Shown here: positions 38,905 through 48,410 of the stretch, piece after piece
Layout: each line of letters begins with the position of its first letter
Numbering within the stretch: position 1 is the first letter of the stretch
DNA from: Candidatus Sumerlaeia bacterium
GTDB lineage: Bacteria; Sumerlaeota; Sumerlaeia; SLMS01; JANRJK01
Reading direction: 5' to 3'
DNA: 64,000 nucleotides
NCBI GenBank assembly: GCA_033764015.1
Contig: JANRJK010000046.1
Coordinates: 1 to 64,000 of the forward strand
The notes under the pieces: generated by a model
Databases searched by the model: none
Told to the model about the DNA's origin: nothing
What the model saw: the letters and a program-made list of their open reading frames with translations, nothing else
Program-made: the position numbers and the translations under genes

Positions 38905-39306
38905 ATGGCGCGGCGCGTCGAGGTGGTGGCGGCGCTGATCCGCCGCGGGGAGCGCTACCTGGTGAACCAGCGGCCCGAGGGCTCCTGGGGCGCCGGCCGG
39001 TGGGAGTTCCCCGGCGGCAAGGTCGAGCCCGGCGAGACCCCCGAGCAGTCGCTCGCCCGCGAATGCCGCGAGGAGATCGGCGTCGAGGTCCGCGTCGGCG
39101 CCCTCGCCGCGCGCATCGAGCACGACTACCCGGACCGCCGCGTGGCGCTGCTGTTCCACGACTGCGAGATCGCCGCCGGCGAGCCCGCCGCCCAGGAGGG
39201 CAACGCCCTCGCCTGGGCCACGCCCGCCGAAATGGACTCCATCGCGATCCTCGAGGCCGACCGCCCCGTGGTCGAACTCCTCAAGCGCCGGGGCGCCCAG
39301 CCATGA
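38905..39306 (+). CDS. mutT: MutT-like NUDIX (d)NTP pyrophosphohydrolase
   Basis: WEFPGGKVEPGETPEQSLARECREEIG Nudix box; HDYP. Confidence 0.88.
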   Translation: MARRVEVVAALIRRGERYLVNQRPEGSWGAGRWEFPGGKVEPGETPEQSLARECREEIGVEVRVGALAARIEHDYPDRRVALLFHDCEIAAGEPAAQEGNALAWATPAEMDSIAILEADRPVVELLKRRGAQP

Positions 39307-40325
39307 GCATCAACTTCGGAACCGAGAACATCGTCTTCGTCCCGCCCGGCGGGCTGCTGCGCGTGTACGACCTGCAGCGCTGGCAGGTGCTCGCCGTGGA
39401 CGCGCTCCACGCGGTCCTCGCCGCGACGCCCACCGGCGCGGACGCGTTCTCCGCCAAGCTCGAGTCCTCGCTCGGGACGCTCCGCGCCTCGAAGCGCTTC
39501 TCGCCGCGCGCGGCCGAGTTCGGCGCGCTCGGCGCCGAGCTGGACGAGGCGCTGCTCTCCCGCCCGCGCGACGCGGACCCGGAGGCCGCCGGCCTCGCCG
39601 AGCGGCTCGCCGCCGAGGGCTTCGTGCTTTGGGCCCGCGTCTCCGACGCCCCGGCGGAGTCCTTCGCAGAGGAGGACTACGACGAGCACCAGGGCGCCGC
39701 CCCGGGTCCCGGCCGGTCGCTGCCCCTCTACGGCTCGCTCCACATCGAACGCATGGACGACTTCGAGTCCGCCGTGCCGCGCGTCGGGGCCGAAGCGCCG
39801 TTCGTGCTCACGGCGCCGGAGGAGCGCGGCTTCGCGGTCGCGCCGATCCCGGTCGAGGAGCCGCTGCCGCTCGTCCACGAGTTCTGCGGCGCGCGCGGCG
39901 CCTCCTCGCGCGGCAACTCCGTGAACCTGTCGCCGAAGGTTTCCGTCGAGCCGGAGCACATCCTCTGCGCGCCGCTGCACCGCGTTGGCCGTTCGTTCTT
40001 CGCGACGCTCTACGGGCACCTCTCCGCGCCGGCGGGCCCGCCGGTGCTGGCGAAGCTGGACCCGCGCGCGATGCGCGCGGTGGCGGCGGTGCTCGAGCGG
40101 TCGCGCTACGAAGCGCCCGCGGGAGGCGCCGACTGGCGCTGCTACCGCCGCGGCGGCGACGCGGTGCACCTGTACTACGGATTGCCGGGGAAGGAGTCCG
40201 ACGGCGTCTTCGCGCTGCCGGGCTTCGCGGTCGCGGCGTCGGCGGACGGCAGCCACCTCGCGGAGCCGCGCGCCGAGCTGCTGCGCATGCTGCTCGACGC
40301 GGCGCTCGGGGCGCAGCAGCAGTGA
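39303..40325 (+). CDS. Hypothetical protein (340 aa)
   Basis: ATGA overlap with mutT; host-like codon usage; no motif recognised. Confidence 0.75.
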   Translation: MSINFGTENIVFVPPGGLLRVYDLQRWQVLAVDALHAVLAATPTGADAFSAKLESSLGTLRASKRFSPRAAEFGALGAELDEALLSRPRDADPEAAGLAERLAAEGFVLWARVSDAPAESFAEEDYDEHQGAAPGPGRSLPLYGSLHIERMDDFESAVPRVGAEAPFVLTAPEERGFAVAPIPVEEPLPLVHEFCGARGASSRGNSVNLSPKVSVEPEHILCAPLHRVGRSFFATLYGHLSAPAGPPVLAKLDPRAMRAVAAVLERSRYEAPAGGADWRCYRRGGDAVHLYYGLPGKESDGVFALPGFAVAASADGSHLAEPRAELLRMLLDAALGAQQQ

Positions 40326-40372
40326 CCGCGCCGGCCGGCGGCCTGCGGCGCGACGGCATCGAGTTCCGCGCC

Positions 40373-41914
40373 ATGCGGCTCGGACCGCTCGCCATCGCGT
40401 GCGCCTGGGTCGCCGCGCTCGCCTGGGCGAACCGCAACGTCGTCATCGACGACCCCTGGATCACGTTCCGCTACGCGCGCAACCTGCTCGACGGGCACGG
40501 CTTCGCCTTCAACCCGGGCGATCCGCTCGAAGGCTACAGCAACTTCCTCTGGGTGCTCCTGTCGGCGCTTTCGCTCGCGCTGAACGTCGAGCCGCTCGAC
40601 ACGGCGCGGGCGGTCTCCGCCCTGGCGGCGTTCGGGCTGCTCGCGCTGCTCTGCTTCGTGGCGCCGGGCATGCATCCGGGGCGCGACGAGCCGCGCCGCC
40701 CGCACGGCAGCCTGCTTGCGACGCTCCTGCTGGGCTCGTGCTATCCGCTGGCGGCGTGGGTGGCGGGCGGCCTCGAAACGGTGGCGCAGGCGTTCCTCGC
40801 CATGGCGCTGGCGGTGGCGAGCGCGGCGGCGGTGGACCGCGGTTCGCGCCTGGCCGCGGCGTGCGCCTTCGCCGCGCTCTCCGCGCTGCTGCTGCTCCGC
40901 CCCGAGGGCCCGATGTACGCCGCGGTCCCGGTCGTGGCGCTGGGGCTCGCGCTCTTCGGGTCCGCGGAGCGCCGCGCCGGCGCCAAGCCGCTCGCCGCCG
41001 CGCTCCTCGGCGCGGCCGTGGTGCTCGCCCTCTACACCTGGTGGCGCCACGCCACCTTCGGAACCATCGTGGCCAACACCGTTTCCGCCAAGATCGGCGG
41101 CGACCCGCTGGCGGCGGCCCGCAGCGGGCTGCGCTACCTCGGCGGCTACTTCCTCGGCGCGCCGGCGCTGCTGCTCGCCTTCGCCGCGGCGGGCGCCTGG
41201 CGCGCGTGGCGACACCGCTCCGAGGCGGATCCGGTGTTCGCCCTCGCGGGCGCGCTTGCGGCGCTGCAGCTCTCCTTCGCGGTCGCGGTCGGCGGCGACT
41301 GGATGCCGGGCTACCGCTTCCTGGTGCCGGCGCTGGCGCCGCTCTGCCTGCTCGCCGCGTTCGGCCTCGGCATGGCGCCCAAGTTCGCCGCCGGCGTCGC
41401 CGCCCTCTTCCTCATGCTCGCGGGGGTTCTCGACGCGAAGAACGACAAGGGGGTGCCGGCACTCGCGGTCGGGCTCAGCACCGCGCGCTGGGTCGCCGAC
41501 GGGCGCCCCCTGGTGCAGCCGCTCGTCGACATCGGCTGGGAGCTCCGCGCCCTCTCCCAGGCCGACGACACCATCGCCATGTCCGAGGCCGGCGTGGTGC
41601 CCTACTACTCGGGCCTCCGCCTGATCGACATGCTGGGCCTCGTGGACCGCGAGATCGCAGAGGGCGACGGCGGCCTCCACGCGGAGTACGACGCCGACTC
41701 GGTGCTGCGCCGCGCGCCGCGCTTCATCCTCCTCGGCTTCACCGACACGCCCGCCGGCCCGGCCCCCACCTGGCCCCCGGACCGCCAGATGTGTGAGCAC
41801 CCACGCTTCCGCGAGGAGTACGCGGAGCTGCGCCAGTGGCCCCGCTGGATGACCGACGGCTTCGGCGGGCGCCTGCAGGGGCGCATGGTGCTCTACGAGC
41901 GCGGCCGCCCGTAG
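40373..41914 (+). CDS. Polytopic membrane protein, GT-C-like glycosyltransferase (AftB-like family)
   Basis: DDPWITFRYARNL..G.G..FNPG..EGYSNFLW, GLET, RPEG, GGDWM..YRF, AGVVPYY...IDMLGL. Start could be GTG 40322. Confidence 0.8.
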   Translation: MRLGPLAIACAWVAALAWANRNVVIDDPWITFRYARNLLDGHGFAFNPGDPLEGYSNFLWVLLSALSLALNVEPLDTARAVSALAAFGLLALLCFVAPGMHPGRDEPRRPHGSLLATLLLGSCYPLAAWVAGGLETVAQAFLAMALAVASAAAVDRGSRLAAACAFAALSALLLLRPEGPMYAAVPVVALGLALFGSAERRAGAKPLAAALLGAAVVLALYTWWRHATFGTIVANTVSAKIGGDPLAAARSGLRYLGGYFLGAPALLLAFAAAGAWRAWRHRSEADPVFALAGALAALQLSFAVAVGGDWMPGYRFLVPALAPLCLLAAFGLGMAPKFAAGVAALFLMLAGVLDAKNDKGVPALAVGLSTARWVADGRPLVQPLVDIGWELRALSQADDTIAMSEAGVVPYYSGLRLIDMLGLVDREIAEGDGGLHAEYDADSVLRRAPRFILLGFTDTPAGPAPTWPPDRQMCEHPRFREEYAELRQWPRWMTDGFGGRLQGRMVLYERGRP

Positions 41915-41998
41915 GCCGCGCGGCCCCCGCCGCCTTGACGCTCACCGCGGCGTCCGCGCAACCTCGCCGCACCCCTTCCCCCCCGACGGACCCCGCAG

Positions 41999-42703
41999 AT
42001 GCCGCAGCGACCCGCACTGATCGTCGACTTCGACGGCACGATGACCCGCAAGGAGTTCTACGAGCTCGCCGTCGAGGAGTTCGTGGACCGCGACATCTCC
42101 GGCTTCTGGGAGGACTACGTCGCGGGGCGGCTCACGCACTTCGAGGCGCTGGACGCGATCTTCGGCCTCATCGCGCGGGACGAGGCGCACGTCCTCGCGC
42201 GGCTGGCGGCGATGGAGCTGGACCCCGCGACCGGCGCCACGCTGCGCGACCTCGCCGCGCGCGGATGGCGCGTCGCGATCGCCTCCGCGGGCTGCGGCTG
42301 GTACATCCGCCACGCGCTCGCGGCCCAGGGCATCGAGGCCATCGTGAACCCGCGCGATCCGCTCGGGCCCACTCCGGGCAGCGTCGAAGTCTACACCAAC
42401 CCCGGCTCCTTCCGCCCCGGCGCGGGGCTCCGCATGGAGCTGGACCGCGGCTCGCGCCACTTCCGCGAGGGCACCGGCGTCGACAAGGCCGGCGTGGTCC
42501 GCGAGGCGCTCGCGCTCCACTCCCCCGTGGCGTTCCTCGGCGACGGCCGCCCCGACACGGAGGCCGCGATGCTCCTGCCGCCGGAGGCGCGCTTCGCCAC
42601 CGGCTGGCTGCGCGCGGACTTCCGCTCCCGCGGCGTCCCCTTCCGCCCCTTCGACCGCTGGACCGAGGCGGCCGCCCTCCTCGCGCAGGAGTGGGGCCTG
42701 TGA
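41999..42703 (+). CDS. MtnX-like HAD-IB phosphatase
   Basis: VDFDGTMT, IASAGCGWYI, GVDK, FLGDGRPD..AA. Confidence 0.85.
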   Translation: MPQRPALIVDFDGTMTRKEFYELAVEEFVDRDISGFWEDYVAGRLTHFEALDAIFGLIARDEAHVLARLAAMELDPATGATLRDLAARGWRVAIASAGCGWYIRHALAAQGIEAIVNPRDPLGPTPGSVEVYTNPGSFRPGAGLRMELDRGSRHFREGTGVDKAGVVREALALHSPVAFLGDGRPDTEAAMLLPPEARFATGWLRADFRSRGVPFRPFDRWTEAAALLAQEWGL

Positions 42704-43749
42704 GCACCGGCGCCAGCATCCGCGTGCCGTCGCTGGTGCGCATGAAGCCGGGCGCGCTCGACCGGCTCGGGCTCTACCTGCGCCGCGCCGGGCGCCTGCG
42801 CGTGCTGCTGCTGGCGAGCGAGGGACTCGTCCCCGCGCTCCTGGGGCGCGCCCGCGCGGCGCTCGCCGCCGAGGGCGTCGCCTTCGAGGAGGCCGCGGTG
42901 CCGGACGCGAGCTTCGAAGCCGCCGGAGAACTCTTCGCCGCCCTTCCGCGGGGGACCGCCGCGGTGGTGGGCCTCGGCGGCGGCAAGGCGCTCGACGTGG
43001 CCAAGTACGTCGCGCACCTCGCGCGGCTCCCCTACGCCGCCGCGCCGACCTCCCTGTCGAACGACGGCTTCTGCAGCCCGCAGTCCTCGCTCACGCTGCG
43101 CGGCGCGCGGCGCTCGCTCCCCGCCACGCTTCCGGACGCCGTCGTGGTCGACACGGAGGTTTGCCTCGGCGCGCCGATGCCGCTCTGGCATTCCGGCGTC
43201 GGCGACCTCGCCTCGAAGATCACCGCCGTGGCCGACTGGAAGCGCGCCTTCCACGCCACCGGCGAGCCGGTGAACGACCTCGCGGCGCTGCTCTCCGACG
43301 CCACGGTGTTCCAATTCCTCGCGAGCCCCGCCCGCGACCCGGAGGGCGTGCGCCTGCTCGCCACGGCGCTGATGCTGAACGGCGTGGCGATGGAGATCTG
43401 CGGCTCCTCGCGCCCCGCCAGCGGCAGCGAGCACCTCGTCTCGCACGCGCTCGACGCGGTCTGCGTGCGCCCCCGCCTCCACGGCCTGCAGGTCGGCGTC
43501 GCGACTTACCTCGCCAGCCTGCTGCAGGGCGGCCATGGCACCGGGCGCGTCGCGGAGCTGTTCGACGCGACGGGCTTCTGGGAGGGCGCCGCCGCCGATC
43601 CGATCCCGCGCGCCGAGTGGCTCGAAGCGTGCCGCCGCGCCCCGGGGATCAAGCCGGGCTACCACACGGTGCTGAGCGAGCGCGACTGGCTCCCCGAGAT
43701 CGAGCGGCTCACGGACAGCGACCCGCGCCTGCGGCGCTGCGTGCGCTAG
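42700..43749 (+). CDS. sn-glycerol-1-phosphate dehydrogenase-like protein (EgsA/AraM family)
   Basis: GTGA overlap; GLGGGKALDVAK, PTSLSNDG, SGVGD..SKITAVADW, GSSRPASGSEHLVSHALD, LHGLQVG. Confidence 0.85.
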   Translation: MSTGASIRVPSLVRMKPGALDRLGLYLRRAGRLRVLLLASEGLVPALLGRARAALAAEGVAFEEAAVPDASFEAAGELFAALPRGTAAVVGLGGGKALDVAKYVAHLARLPYAAAPTSLSNDGFCSPQSSLTLRGARRSLPATLPDAVVVDTEVCLGAPMPLWHSGVGDLASKITAVADWKRAFHATGEPVNDLAALLSDATVFQFLASPARDPEGVRLLATALMLNGVAMEICGSSRPASGSEHLVSHALDAVCVRPRLHGLQVGVATYLASLLQGGHGTGRVAELFDATGFWEGAAADPIPRAEWLEACRRAPGIKPGYHTVLSERDWLPEIERLTDSDPRLRRCVR

Positions 43750-43762
43750 CCCCGCATCCCGC

Positions 43763-44866
43763 TTGGCCGCGCCGCGCCGCCGCGCGAGCGTCGCCGGTGC
43801 CGAAACCGTCGGCCCGGAGCCTCGCTTGGAACTCGACCTGCTCGTCATCGGCGGCGGCGTCATCGGCCTCTCCTGCGCCCTGCACGCCGCGGACCTGGCG
43901 CCGCGCAAGCGCATCGCGGTGCTGGACCGCCCGACGAACGCCGGCGTGGCCTCGCGCGCGGCGGCGGGCATGCTGGCGCCCTTCGCCGAATTCGCCGCCG
44001 ACACGCCGCTCTTCCGCATGTGCCTCGCCAGCCTCGACTACTACCCGGAGTTCCTCGCGCGCTTCGCCCCCGGCGTCTCGCTCGAGGGCCGCGGCACGCT
44101 CCTGCCGGACGACCCCGCGGAGCCGGGGCGCCTCGAATCGCGCGCGGCGCTCGCCGCGGCGCACGGTCGCGAGGCGCGCCTGATCGAGGGCGCCGCGCTG
44201 CGTGCGCTCGAACCCGGCCTCGCGCCGTCGGTGCGCCGCGCGCTGCTGCTCCCCGAGCGCCTCGTCGATCCGCGCCAGCTCCACGACGCGCTGCGGCAGT
44301 CGGCGCTCGCGCTCGGCGTCGGGCTGCTGGACGACACACCGGTGGAGGCGCGGGTGGAGGGCGACCGCGTCGGGGAGCTGAGCACCTTCGCCGGCGCCTC
44401 GATCACCGCGCGCGAGGTGCTCCTCGCGACCGGCGCCTGGAGCGCCAAGGCGGGCGCCCTGTTCGGCATCGACATCCCGATGACGCCCGTGAAGGGGCAG
44501 GTGATGCAGTTCGCGGCGGGCGCGGTGCCGCTCGCGCACACGATCCACACGCACGGCGTGTACCTCGCGCCGCGCGGCGGCACGGTGATCGCCGGCGCGA
44601 CCATGGAGGAGGCGGGCTTCGACCCGTCGCTTTCGACGCGCGCGAACCGCGACATGGCCGCCGCCGCCGCCGCGCTCTGGCCGCCGCTCGCGGAGCTCGA
44701 CCTCCTCGACGCCTGGACCGGCTTCCGCCCGCGCACCGCCGACGGCCAGCCAGTCATCGCGCGCTCCGGCGTGCTGGCGAACCTGTCGGTCGCGACGGGG
44801 CACTTCCGGAACGGAATCCTCCTCGCGCCGCTCACCGGACGCCTCGCGGCGCGCCTCCTCTCCTGA
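43763..44866 (+). CDS. thiO: Glycine oxidase ThiO-like FAD-dependent oxidoreductase
   Basis: IGGGVIGLS, ASRAAAGMLAP, PVKGQ, YLAPR, GATMEEAGFD, GFRP, TGHFRNGILLAP. Start may be TTG 43826. Confidence 0.85.
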   Translation: MAAPRRRASVAGAETVGPEPRLELDLLVIGGGVIGLSCALHAADLAPRKRIAVLDRPTNAGVASRAAAGMLAPFAEFAADTPLFRMCLASLDYYPEFLARFAPGVSLEGRGTLLPDDPAEPGRLESRAALAAAHGREARLIEGAALRALEPGLAPSVRRALLLPERLVDPRQLHDALRQSALALGVGLLDDTPVEARVEGDRVGELSTFAGASITAREVLLATGAWSAKAGALFGIDIPMTPVKGQVMQFAAGAVPLAHTIHTHGVYLAPRGGTVIAGATMEEAGFDPSLSTRANRDMAAAAAALWPPLAELDLLDAWTGFRPRTADGQPVIARSGVLANLSVATGHFRNGILLAPLTGRLAARLLS

Positions 44867-44976
44867 CGGCGCCGTGGCGATTTTTCCGCCTCCGGCGTCC
44901 CGTTATGCTTGCGTTGCCCGCGCCGCCTTCCCCTAAACCTTAACGCAACTCACCACCCGACTGGAGCACGTCCGCC

Positions 44977-45282
44977 GTGCCTGGCACCGAAGGAAAAGGC
45001 GCTCTCGATCCCGCGGCCCTCGCCGACGCGCTGATGCAGCTTCCCGACTGGGAACCGAAGGGGAAGCAGATCGTCAAGACGTACGCGTTCCCCGACTTCG
45101 ACACGGCCGTCGAGTTCACCAACCAGGCGGCGGAAGTCTGCCGGCGCCTCAACCACTTCCCCGAGATCGCCCTCCACCACAAGAAGGTGAAGGTCGTCGC
45201 TTGGACCCCGAAGTACCAAGCGGTCAGCGAACTCGACACGCAGTTCGCCGCGCAGCTCGAGAAGCTCTACGAGCAATCCTGA
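44977..45282 (+). CDS. Pterin-4-alpha-carbinolamine dehydratase family protein
   Basis: LPDW....I.K.Y.F.DF..A..F...NHFPEI....V...WT....VSELD...A. Confidence 0.8.
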   Translation: MPGTEGKGALDPAALADALMQLPDWEPKGKQIVKTYAFPDFDTAVEFTNQAAEVCRRLNHFPEIALHHKKVKVVAWTPKYQAVSELDTQFAAQLEKLYEQS

Positions 45283-45305
45283 CCCGGCGCCCCCACCGGG
45301 GCTCT

Positions 45306-45320
45306 TGGCACGCGCGTTGC
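45306..45320 (+). promoter_or_regulatory. Sigma-54 (-24/-12) promoter
   Basis: TGGCAC-GCGCG-TTGC, an exact match to TGGCAC-N5-TTGC; intergenic, about 65 bp upstream of the peroxiredoxin ATG. Confidence 0.72.
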
Positions 45321-45383
45321 CCTGAACGACAGCGCGGGCGCCTCTTGGTGCCCGACGCCCGGCACCACCAGGACCCCGCTCCG

Positions 45384-45929
45384 ATGAAGCACACCGCCTG
45401 CGCGCTCGCCGCCCTCATCGCCCTTTCGGCGTGCGCGTCGAACAGCACCCAGTCCACCGACACGACCGTCGCCGCCGGCACCACGGCCCAGGAGGAGGGC
45501 GACATGCTCGCCATCGGCACCGCAGCCCCCGCCTTCACCACGAAGGACAACACCGGAAACACCGTCTCCATCGCCGACTACAAGGGCGCCAAGAACGTCG
45601 TCCTCGTCTTCTACCCCGGCAACAACACGCCGGTCTGCACCGCCCAGCTCTGCGAGATCCGCGACGAATTCGCAAACTTCGAGGCCAAGGACACAGTGGT
45701 GTTCGGCGTCAACGACGCCTCCGTCGAGTCCCACGCCAAGTTCGCCGGCAAGAACGAATTCCCCTTCCCGCTGCTGGTCGACGCCGACGGCAAGATCACC
45801 TCCGCCTACGGCTCCCGCGGCCTCCTCGGCATCACCAAGCGCACCGTCTACGGCATCGACAAGAACGGCGTCATCGTCTTCGCCGAACGCGGCCGCCCCT
45901 CCCCGGACAAGGTGCTGGCGGCGTTCTGA
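45384..45929 (+). CDS. bcp: Peroxiredoxin (BCP/PrxQ) with N-terminal lipoprotein signal
   Basis: Lipobox LSAC; FYP..NTPVCTAQLC, SHAKFA, FPLLVD, RTVY.ID. Confidence 0.9.
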   Translation: MKHTACALAALIALSACASNSTQSTDTTVAAGTTAQEEGDMLAIGTAAPAFTTKDNTGNTVSIADYKGAKNVVLVFYPGNNTPVCTAQLCEIRDEFANFEAKDTVVFGVNDASVESHAKFAGKNEFPFPLLVDADGKITSAYGSRGLLGITKRTVYGIDKNGVIVFAERGRPSPDKVLAAF

Positions 45930-45948
45930 GGACGCCTATAGGGCCCGC

Positions 45949-46332
45949 ATGCCCCACTTCCAGATCCCCCTCGACCTCCCGCACGCCGCCACCGTGAGCG
46001 AGCGCATCGTCCAGGTGCTCCTCCGCACGCGTCCGCCGGAGCTGGCGGAGAACGCCGCGCTTTACGCCGCGGCCACCGCGCTGGTGCGGCTGCTGCGGCC
46101 CTGCGGCGACGCCGGCGAGAATCCGCTGCCGGACCAGGCCGACCCGCTGCGCCGGCAGGCCGCCGCGCTCGGACGCTCCCTCGCCGCCGAAATCGAAGCG
46201 CGCGCCGCGGGTTCCGACCGTCTCGGCCAGTGCGTCCGAAACCTGTTCGAATGCCTCGAACTCGGCGAGGAGGGCGTCGCCCTTTCGCTCCGCTGCGGCG
46301 AAGACCCGAAGTCGCCGCAGCGCGCGGGCTAG
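45949..46332 (+). CDS. Hypothetical protein (127 aa)
   Basis: Helical ORF with host-like codon usage directly after bcp. Confidence 0.65.
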   Translation: MPHFQIPLDLPHAATVSERIVQVLLRTRPPELAENAALYAAATALVRLLRPCGDAGENPLPDQADPLRRQAAALGRSLAAEIEARAAGSDRLGQCVRNLFECLELGEEGVALSLRCGEDPKSPQRAG

Positions 46333-46580
46333 CCCGGTCGATCCATAGAAGCACTGGCTCCGGCTTGCGGGTGCCCGACGAGCGGTTAGCACCGCCAAGA
46401 CCCGAGCGGTCCGCTGCGATCGCCGACGCCGGCCGCCCCAAGCCCGCAACCCCATGCCGCATCCCTCCGCGGGGTGGCCAGCCGCCAGGCTCATGGAGCG
46501 CACGGCTCCCATTGACCCGGAAATTGCTGCTTCGCATCTAATTGTTGTTGGTTTTCGCCGACAACAGCCGGAGGCCTGCA

Positions 46581-48410
46581 ATGGTCCTGCGTCCGCGCGT
46601 TTCCCTCTTGGTGTGCCTATGCGGGCTGTTGGTGGCGATGGCTGGCGCGCAAACAGCCACGGTGTCGTTCCAAACGCCCGCCTCGGTGATCTTCCCCGAC
46701 TTGGCTGCGAACTGCCTGCGGCGGGCCGACAACGGCGAGAGCATGCCGTTTCTCCTCGCCGCCTCGACCAATACGAACATCGGGCGCTACTATCTGATCC
46801 CGAAAACCGGTGCGTTCGCGCAACCATTGACGCTTCTCATGCGCTTCGAGGGCTTCCCCGACGGCGTGGGGAGCATCGGCGCCGACGAGTTCCGCGCGCT
46901 GAGCTGGACGGGTCCGCAGCCGACATTCACGATCGTGAACGCCGCCTACGGGCAGGGCGGCGCGAACTTCGTCGAGGTTCTCGTCACCCTGACGGCCTAT
47001 GTGGGTTGGGGCTCCAACGACTACTACTTCCTCGGGATCGACGAACACGTCTACGGCGAAGCGCGCTACGCGACCTTCGTCCTCTCGGTTTCGGAACCGT
47101 TCGCGATCGAGGAGGCCCCTGCGGACCCGGGGCACCCGATCGACCGGCGGTTCCGCCTCCTGGGCCTCCGCTGGCCGGACGAGTTCACGAACTGCTCGCC
47201 GATGCCGCCGGCGATCTACCGCGGGAGCGACCCGCTCGCCGGCGAGACCGTCGAGATTTCGGGAACCGGCGTGCGCTTCACGCCGGAGTCGGCCTCCACC
47301 GACGCGGAGGGCTACTTCACCGTCGCGGCCTTCGTGGCGCCGGAGGAGTTCGAGGCGGGCCGGGAGCGCGCGGAGCCGCGCGCCGATGCGCTGGGCAGCC
47401 TGCAAATGAAGTACCGCGAGCTGATCCGGACGCATGGAATCTCCGGCCAGTTCTGCGTCGTCATCATGGTTGATGGTGTTGTGAACGTGCAGTACCGCGG
47501 CCCGGTCGTCGTCGGCGAGGTGCTGCGGCCCGGCACGGTGCTGTCGCTCAGCGCCCAGCAAGGCAAGCGCGCCAGCCTGGGCCTGCGCTTCGTCAACGGC
47601 ACGGACGCCAGCATCGTCCAGGACGTCTTCACCAACGCGTGCATCACGGACCTGATCAAGATCGGGAACGACGGAATCGAGGACGCGTCGGTGATCCCCG
47701 GGAACTCGCGGCTGGGCACCGTGAGCCGCTACCTCTGCGAGAAGGTGGCGGGGCTCCCCACGACCCCCGCGCAGTGGGCCACCTTCACGGGCAAGGTGGT
47801 GGTCACCGGCGCCGCGTCCTCGGTGGTTTCCGTGGGCGGGATCACGGGTTTCGCGCTGAAGTACGCGGTGAAGCAGGCATCCGGCGAAAGCTACGACTGG
47901 GTGGTGAACTCGACCGCGGGCGGCTCCCGCGGGGATCCCGCGCCGCTCCTCGGGGCGGGTCCGCCGCGCGTGGATCTCGCCACCTACTACGACGGCTCGA
48001 CGCGCGTGGCCCAATCGCTGGGCCCCGCCGTGGCGATGTTTCCCGCCGGCAGCGCGACTCCCGCCGCGACAGTACCCGCGGGCGTCTGGCGGGAATTCGC
48101 CCATGGCGGCGCGCCGCAGCGCGACTGGAGCGAAACCCCCGACAGCATCGACTTGGATGGCCCGAGGCTGCAGCTTGCCGTCGACAGCGATCTGGCCAGC
48201 GGCCTTTCCACCGTTCGCCTCGCTGCGTGGGACCCCTCGGGGTTGGACGTTGGCACACTGGCGGCGCTCATCAACGGCACCGCCGCCACGGGGCTGTTCG
48301 AGCAGCGCGGCGAGGGGGCATGGGAGGCGACGCTCTTCGGCAACCTCTCGGGGGCCCACATCGAAGCCACCATCGCCGACCTTCCCGGAAACACCCGCGC
48401 GCTCGACTAG
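46581..48410 (+). CDS. Secreted hypothetical protein, N-terminal part (frame continues past the TAG)
   Basis: Signal peptide MVLRPRVSLLVCLCGLLVAMAGAQ; beta-rich; ends at TAG 48408-48410. Confidence 0.8.
   Translation: MVLRPRVSLLVCLCGLLVAMAGAQTATVSFQTPASVIFPDLAANCLRRADNGESMPFLLAASTNTNIGRYYLIPKTGAFAQPLTLLMRFEGFPDGVGSIGADEFRALSWTGPQPTFTIVNAAYGQGGANFVEVLVTLTAYVGWGSNDYYFLGIDEHVYGEARYATFVLSVSEPFAIEEAPADPGHPIDRRFRLLGLRWPDEFTNCSPMPPAIYRGSDPLAGETVEISGTGVRFTPESASTDAEGYFTVAAFVAPEEFEAGRERAEPRADALGSLQMKYRELIRTHGISGQFCVVIMVDGVVNVQYRGPVVVGEVLRPGTVLSLSAQQGKRASLGLRFVNGTDASIVQDVFTNACITDLIKIGNDGIEDASVIPGNSRLGTVSRYLCEKVAGLPTTPAQWATFTGKVVVTGAASSVVSVGGITGFALKYAVKQASGESYDWVVNSTAGGSRGDPAPLLGAGPPRVDLATYYDGSTRVAQSLGPAVAMFPAGSATPAATVPAGVWREFAHGGAPQRDWSETPDSIDLDGPRLQLAVDSDLASGLSTVRLAAWDPSGLDVGTLAALINGTAATGLFEQRGEGAWEATLFGNLSGAHIEATIADLPGNTRALD

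Noticed and set aside
42700..43749. Claim of archaeal-type ether lipid synthesis
   Set aside because: No GGGP or DGGGP synthase is visible in the window, and a G1PDH-like gene alone is not enough.
43763..44866. Thiamine operon or TPP riboswitch near thiO
   Set aside because: No thiS/thiG neighbours and no recognisable riboswitch sequence upstream.
48408..48410. Genome-wide amber recoding
   Set aside because: TAG terminates several complete genes at their expected ends (for example at 16915, 43749 and 58415), so the in-frame TAG is a local feature.
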